Source: a virus
Virus record (IMG/VR): IMGVR_UViG_3300044991_001618
Coordinates: 32,001 to 96,000 of that record
Strand: one strand, 5' to 3'
Length of the DNA stretch: 64,000 bases
Each line of letters opens with the position of its first letter. The stretch's first letter is position 1. Under the pieces are notes generated by a model. The model did not search any database. It saw only the letters and a list, made by a program, of their open reading frames with translations, and was not told the origin of the DNA. Both the position numbers and the translations under genes were made by a program. Positions 58,781-64,000 of the stretch are shown one piece after another.

Positions 58781-61459
58781 ATGATAAGTAGTCAAGAAAT
58801 TGAGGAGTTTCTTAATGGTTCTGATCCAGAAGAACATATTGTTGCTATTGAATATGACTTTATGTCTAATTGTGTCTATAAGATAAAAGAAATTCCCAAT
58901 AAAGGAAAACAAATTGTCAAAGATACTTTTACCGCATTTTGTTGGGTGGGTAATTTAAATTCATTGAATTTCTACAATAAGTCAAAGGCTTTGCAAAAGG
59001 AAGCAATGACCAAGCATAGTATTATTATAACAAAATTAAGGACAGATGAGCATCCAAGATTGGAACATGGAATGAAATTTATGGTTCAGTCATTAAAGGG
59101 TTATAGAAATTTAGCTGCTTTCTTTAAGGAAGGGGGTTTAGACCCAAAGAGTGAAGTTGGGAGAACCAAAATTATTATGCTACCCCCGGTTGACCAATAT
59201 CTCATATCCAAAGGTAAAAGATTATTTAAAGGGTTTGATTCTTATGATGATATAACAAGGCTTGTATTTGACTTAGAAACCACAGCATTAGAACCTACTG
59301 ATGGTAGAATATTTATGATTGGAATTAAAACCAATAAAGGTTACTCCAGAATCATAGAGTGTATTAATCCAGAGGATGAGGCAAATGGTATTATTGAATT
59401 TTTTAAAGTTATTGATGAAATTAAACCAACCATTATTTCAGGATACAATTCAGCAACGTTTGACTGGGAATGGATTTTCAAAAGATGTGAGATATTAAAG
59501 ATACATGCTCAAACTGCGTGTAAGTCATTAAACCCAACAAAATCATTCACAAGAAGGGATTCTATGCTAAAATTAGGGGGTGATGTTGAGAAATACATGC
59601 AGACCTCTATTTGGGGATATAACGTTATTGATGTTATTCATTCAGTAAGAAGGGCACAAGCAATCAATAGTGATATCAAATCTGCTGGTCTTAAATACAT
59701 TACAAAATATATAAATGCAGAAGATGCTGATCGTGTATATATTGAACACACCAAGATTGGTAAAATGTATCAAGAGAAAGAAGAATATTTTCTTAATATA
59801 AATAATGGAAAATATAAATTAGCAACAGATTATCCTGACCTTGATATCAAATTTCCAAAAGTATATAAGCGAGTTACAGGTGATAAACTTGTTGAAGCAT
59901 ATCTTGATGATGACTTGGAAGAAACAATGAGAGTTGATTCAGAATTTAGTCAAGCATCTTTCTTATTGGCAAAGATGGTTCCATTACCTTTTGAAAGGAT
60001 ATACACAATGGGAACAGCAGGATTATGGAAGACATTGATGTTGGCTTGGTCATATAATAATCAGTTGGCTGTTCCCCAAAGTGAGGATAAAAGAAACTTT
60101 GTGGGCGGTTTATCCAGATTGGTTAAGGTGGGGTATTCAAAGAATATCTATAAACTTGACTTTTCGTCCCTATATCCATCCATACAATTGGCTCATGATG
60201 TATTCCCATCTTGTGACATAACTAGCGTTTTAGAAGGTATGTTAAAGTTTTTTAGAAATGCAAGGATAGATTATAAGAATTTGGCAGAAGAATGGAAGGA
60301 TAAGGATCCTAAGATTGCTGCAACTTATGATAACAAGCAATTACCAATTAAAATTTTCATAAACTCTTTATTTGGTTCATTATCAGCACCAGCAGTTTTC
60401 CCCTGGGCTGAAATGGATAAAGGTGAACAGATAACTTGTACAGGTAGATTATATTTAAGGCATATGATTAAATTCTTTATGAATAGAGGTTATGTTCCTT
60501 TAGTATGTGATACGGATGGTGTTAACTTTTCAGCAACAGATGATTTTAGCAATAGGGAATATATTGGAAAAGGATTAAACTGGAAAGTTAAAGAAGGTAA
60601 GATTTACAAAGGTATATATGCTGATGTTGCAGAATACAATGATTTATATATGAAAAAGGAGATGGCTCTGGATTTGGATGGTCATTGGTTATCTTGTGTT
60701 AACTTTGCAAGAAAAAACTATGCCATTATGAAAAATGATGGTAAAATAAAGTTGACAGGAAATACAATAAAATCAAAGAAACTTCCCCAATACATTGAAA
60801 GATTTATTGATGTTGCTGTTAAGTTATTGCTTGAAGGCAAAGGAAAAGAATTTATTGAAGAATATTATAATTATTTTGAAAAGGTTTATAATAAGGAAAT
60901 TCCCCTAATTGAAATTGCAAACAAGGCAAGGGTTAGACAGAATGTTAAAGACTATGTAAAAAGGTCAAAGACATTAAATAAAGCAGGAAGTACCACAAGT
61001 AAGATGGCTCATATGGAGTTAATCATAAAGGAAAAATTACATGTTAATCTTGGGGATATTATATATTATGTAAATAATGGAACAAAACAATCGCACGGGG
61101 ATGTGTCAAAAACAAAAGATGGTATTAAATTAAATTGCTATTACATTGACCAAAATGTGTTTGAAAAGACCCCTGATTTGACTGGGGAATATAATGTACC
61201 AAGAGCAGTTGTAACTTTTAACAAAAGAATAAGCCCATTATTGGTGGCTTTTAGTCCAGAGATTAGGGATAGGATTCTTATAAAAGACCCTGCTGATAGG
61301 CAATTCTTTACAACAGAAGAATGTAAATTGATTAATGGTATTCCTTATGCACAGAAGGATCAAGATGATTTAAATGATGTAATGACAATATCAGAAGATG
61401 AGGTTAAATTCTGGGAAAAAATAAATGTGAATCCCAATCTAATATATGAAAATGTTTAA
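58781..61459 (+). CDS. Family B DNA polymerase
   Basis: FDLETT, GYNSATFDW, DFSSLYPSI, KIFINSLFG, DTDG, KNYA. Confidence 0.95.
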   Translation: MISSQEIEEFLNGSDPEEHIVAIEYDFMSNCVYKIKEIPNKGKQIVKDTFTAFCWVGNLNSLNFYNKSKALQKEAMTKHSIIITKLRTDEHPRLEHGMKFMVQSLKGYRNLAAFFKEGGLDPKSEVGRTKIIMLPPVDQYLISKGKRLFKGFDSYDDITRLVFDLETTALEPTDGRIFMIGIKTNKGYSRIIECINPEDEANGIIEFFKVIDEIKPTIISGYNSATFDWEWIFKRCEILKIHAQTACKSLNPTKSFTRRDSMLKLGGDVEKYMQTSIWGYNVIDVIHSVRRAQAINSDIKSAGLKYITKYINAEDADRVYIEHTKIGKMYQEKEEYFLNINNGKYKLATDYPDLDIKFPKVYKRVTGDKLVEAYLDDDLEETMRVDSEFSQASFLLAKMVPLPFERIYTMGTAGLWKTLMLAWSYNNQLAVPQSEDKRNFVGGLSRLVKVGYSKNIYKLDFSSLYPSIQLAHDVFPSCDITSVLEGMLKFFRNARIDYKNLAEEWKDKDPKIAATYDNKQLPIKIFINSLFGSLSAPAVFPWAEMDKGEQITCTGRLYLRHMIKFFMNRGYVPLVCDTDGVNFSATDDFSNREYIGKGLNWKVKEGKIYKGIYADVAEYNDLYMKKEMALDLDGHWLSCVNFARKNYAIMKNDGKIKLTGNTIKSKKLPQYIERFIDVAVKLLLEGKGKEFIEEYYNYFEKVYNKEIPLIEIANKARVRQNVKDYVKRSKTLNKAGSTTSKMAHMELIIKEKLHVNLGDIIYYVNNGTKQSHGDVSKTKDGIKLNCYYIDQNVFEKTPDLTGEYNVPRAVVTFNKRISPLLVAFSPEIRDRILIKDPADRQFFTTEECKLINGIPYAQKDQDDLNDVMTISEDEVKFWEKINVNPNLIYENV

Positions 61460-61461
61460 AA

Positions 61462-61500
61462 TTAAAAACCCCCAACCTTAATTAGATTGGGGGTTTTTAA
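61462..61500. terminator. Bidirectional terminator between convergent genes
   Basis: TTAAAAACCCCCAA-N11-TTGGGGGTTTTTAA. Confidence 0.85.
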
Positions 61501-61833
61501 TTACCCTTTTAATCCATCTGAACTAACTATATACCAAGTTCCAGAACAATTCTTGAACTCAACACATGCACCTTTCTCTAATACTATTTCATCATATTCC
61601 TCATCAATCTTATTATTATCAGGGATAATAATAACTGTGGTCATTGCCTTCACTGTAACATTATCTGTATTCTTTGAATGGAGGAATAATTTGCATTGGG
61701 GTATTGCTCGAACAATAATAAAACCTTCACCAGATGTGGAATATTCTGCTTCTGACACAATGGATATATCTGATGTATTAACAAATACACCATTTATTAC
61801 TTTTTGGATTGGGATTGTTTTTATTATTGCCAT
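61501..61833 (-). CDS. Hypothetical beta-rich protein
   Basis: 110-aa ORF with host-type promoter. Confidence 0.6.
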   Translation of the reverse strand: MAIIKTIPIQKVINGVFVNTSDISIVSEAEYSTSGEGFIIVRAIPQCKLFLHSKNTDNVTVKAMTTVIIIPDNNKIDEEYDEIVLEKGACVEFKNCSGTWYIVSSDGLKG

Positions 61834-61844
61834 GTTTTTTATTA

Positions 61845-61875
61845 CAAATATAACTTAATTTAATTTAAAAACAAA
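61845..61875 (-). promoter_or_regulatory. Bacteroidota primary-sigma promoter
   Basis: TTTG-N19-TATATTTG. Confidence 0.78.
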
Positions 61876-61877
61876 TT

Positions 61878-62996
61878 TTATATTACATAAATTTGTCTTG
61901 GGAAAGCGTTAAATTTTAATTGTTTATTTAAGTTTTCTGCAATAAGTGCTTCTTTTTCCATTTGTTTTTCAGGTTTTAATCTTTCCAATCTTGCCAATAA
62001 TTCTTCAATAAGTTTTGCTTTTTCATCTTTCCCTTCAGTTATTAATGATTCATAATCTAACTTTAACTCTGAATCAGGGACTTTTATTGCTCCACTATAC
62101 TTTCCCCTAACTCTACCCAAACTCTCTTTTACGTAAGCTGTAAACCACCTTCTTACCCAATGTTTTGCTGGTTGGTTTAACTTATCCCAAGTTAATTCAC
62201 TAAATGGGACATCTGATGGTAATTTAATAATATCTGGGTTATCTTCCAAACACTTTCCACGGCTATCACCATCCACATCATAATACCAATACCAAATTTG
62301 TTTTCCAACATATGAGGAGTAATTTCCCCAGTTAAATTTACCACCTGGTGTATTATATATATGAATTGCTTTTTTACCATCTGGTAATCCTGTTATTCTA
62401 TAAGTTAATGAACCTCCAAGAATTCTTGTTAATATATTTGCCGATTGCATTCTGAGTAAATAATCAAAACCTGACATCATAAAATAGGATCCTGTATTTC
62501 CCATTTGAGCAAAACCAGCGTCTGATGCACCCAATCCAATACCTCCAAATCCAAAACCACCAGCACCACCTAAACCAAATGCACTAAATGCTTGGTTGCT
62601 ATACCATAATAATTCATTCACCTCTCGGCCAGCAGGAATTTCATACAATTGTTGATTTTTTTCCAATGTAATATAATCTTTTTGCAAAACCCAAGGACCC
62701 CCAGATTGCAATCCAACAATTTTTGAATAAGCATATTCATATTGCTTTTCAAAATCCATTGTTCTTGTAATTAAAGCATTTGCAACAGATTTTTCGCTCA
62801 TATTAAGATTAACCAAATTAACCCATTGGGATTCGGTTAGCCAATCAAGCATATATTGTTCATAATCTTGAACGGATAATTCCATTAAGGAATCCATCAT
62901 TTCATCAGTTATCTCAACACCCCTTAATGGTGCACCAAGTAAATGACGAATTCTTGTGTAAATTTGCGTTCTTTCTGGCTCGGCTATTACTGACAT
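61878..62996 (-). CDS. T4 gp13-like neck protein
   Basis: LLGAPLRGVEITDEM start; WVRRWFTAYVKESLGRVRGKYSG...G..EK..L.EEL. Confidence 0.82.
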   Translation of the reverse strand: MSVIAEPERTQIYTRIRHLLGAPLRGVEITDEMMDSLMELSVQDYEQYMLDWLTESQWVNLVNLNMSEKSVANALITRTMDFEKQYEYAYSKIVGLQSGGPWVLQKDYITLEKNQQLYEIPAGREVNELLWYSNQAFSAFGLGGAGGFGFGGIGLGASDAGFAQMGNTGSYFMMSGFDYLLRMQSANILTRILGGSLTYRITGLPDGKKAIHIYNTPGGKFNWGNYSSYVGKQIWYWYYDVDGDSRGKCLEDNPDIIKLPSDVPFSELTWDKLNQPAKHWVRRWFTAYVKESLGRVRGKYSGAIKVPDSELKLDYESLITEGKDEKAKLIEELLARLERLKPEKQMEKEALIAENLNKQLKFNAFPRQIYVI

Positions 62997-63023
62997 ATTT
63001 CTTTTATATATAAATATAAGAAA

Positions 63024-63725
63024 TTATTCTTTTGGCTCATTATTATTTGCATTATCATATAATTCAAGAACAAAATCCCAATTTATATAATTCCAGAAGT
63101 TATGTATATACTCATCTCTTTTGTTTTGGTATTTGAGATAATAGGCATGTTCCCATAAATCCAATCCCAATATTGGAAATCCACCACCTTTAATGACATT
63201 CATAAGGGGATTATCTTGGTTTGGGGTGGTGATAATTTTTAATGTATTATTTTTTGTTGCAACAAGCCAGACCCATCCTGATCCAAAATGGCTTTTTGCC
63301 TTTTCTTCAAATTTTGTTTTAAATGAATTAATTGAGCCAAAACTTTTTATTATTTTATCTTTTAATTCTTTTGGGATATTCTTTTTGGTTGGTGATAACA
63401 TATTCCAAAACAAAGCGTGATTAAATGCTCCACCTGCATTATTTCTAATTGTTTTGTTGAATTTGCTTATATTTGTTATTATCTGTTTTAAATCATAATT
63501 TGATTTATTATCTTTTAATGCTTTATTCAATTTATCAACATAACCTTTATAATGTTTATTATAATGAATATCCATTGTTTTCTCATCAATAAAAGGTTTT
63601 AATGAGGCATACGAATAAGGGAGTTTTTCAATTCCAACCTTTTTCATTTCATTAAGTAAAAAATTAACATTATCTTTGTATATCCTTGATATTATTTCTT
63701 CTTTGATTGTTTCAAGTATTTTCAT
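63024..63725 (-). CDS. Mn/Fe superoxide dismutase (Mn-type signature) with N-terminal extension
   Basis: LPYSY, HYNKHYKGY, NNAGGAFNHALFW, FGSGWVWL, NQDNP, DLWEHAYY. Confidence 0.93.
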   Translation of the reverse strand: MKILETIKEEIISRIYKDNVNFLLNEMKKVGIEKLPYSYASLKPFIDEKTMDIHYNKHYKGYVDKLNKALKDNKSNYDLKQIITNISKFNKTIRNNAGGAFNHALFWNMLSPTKKNIPKELKDKIIKSFGSINSFKTKFEEKAKSHFGSGWVWLVATKNNTLKIITTPNQDNPLMNVIKGGGFPILGLDLWEHAYYLKYQNKRDEYIHNFWNYINWDFVLELYDNANNNEPKE

Positions 63726-63733
63726 AAATTATT

Positions 63734-63750
63734 ATATTTATAATAAATAT
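63734..63750. promoter_or_regulatory. Palindromic bidirectional TATTTAT element
   Basis: ATATTTAT-A-ATAAATAT; 16 nt to + strand ATG 63758, 17 nt to minus strand ATG 63725. Confidence 0.6.
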
Positions 63751-63757
63751 TTGTATA

Positions 63758-64000
63758 ATGGATAATAGCACAATAAACAACATACTAAACTTTTTGGTAA
63801 CTAATGAAGGTAAAAAATTACCAGAAAAATGGGTTCAATTTAAATTGGAAAATAATATACCATTAACAAAAGAAGAATTGAAAGTTGGGGGTAATTTGGA
63901 TTTATATGGCTCAAAAATAGAATCATTACCAGAAGAGTTATATGTTGCAGGAACATTGGTTTTATCAAATTGTAAAAATTTAACATCTTTACCAAAAAGA
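63758..64000 (+). CDS. 14th LRR-family paralog, truncated by window end (absent from ORF track)
   Basis: MDNSTINNILNFLVTNEGKKLPEKW...PLTKEELKVGGNLDLYGSKIESLPEELYVAGTLVLSNCKNLTSLPK. Confidence 0.88.
   Translation, partial: MDNSTINNILNFLVTNEGKKLPEKWVQFKLENNIPLTKEELKVGGNLDLYGSKIESLPEELYVAGTLVLSNCKNLTSLPKR

Noticed and set aside
58781-61459. Intein or intron in the DNA polymerase
   Set aside because: Continuous 892-aa ORF with normally spaced motifs and no intein signatures
1-64000. Stop-codon reassignment, as in some Bacteroidota phages
   Set aside because: Known genes are full length in code 11; TAG and TGA terminate genes at sensible positions (e.g. 4609, 8283, 8693, 19851)
1-64000. tRNA, rRNA or structured ncRNA genes
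   Set aside because: Intergenic gaps are short and AT-rich; no cloverleaf or T-loop signatures seen by eye (tRNAscan/Infernal not run)

Overview
This is a very AT-rich, densely coding segment of a large T4-like (probably jumbo) myophage genome in the standard genetic code. Three near-perfect TTTG-N19/20-TAnnTTTG promoters and Bacteroidota-type genes point to a Bacteroidota host. It carries T4-like virion and replication genes: the C-terminal part of a gp23 major capsid protein, gp13 neck, gp5-like OB-fold spike, gp55-like sigma factor, family B DNA polymerase, dUTPase and PhoH. About 31 kb in two blocks encodes glycan synthesis: 2x gmd, fcl, GT11, 2x GT60-like, GT25, FabH/FabG, two miniature DegT enzymes and methyltransferases. 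Host-like auxiliary genes are metK, Mn/Fe-SOD, DoxX and a complete Oar-like TonB-dependent receptor. The most striking element is a tandem array of 13 small, translationally coupled leucine-rich-repeat genes (2524-9996), plus a 14th at the window end. Each has a constant N-cap, 3-8 modular 20/21-aa repeats with hypervariable strand positions and a constant C-cap. Identical DNA blocks are swapped between paralogs and a conserved AGATAATG junction links them, which looks like a recombination-diversified LRR binder repertoire. A candidate late promoter TATTTAT (reverse complement of the T4 late-promoter core) precedes many late genes. All annotations come from motif recognition only; no searches were run.
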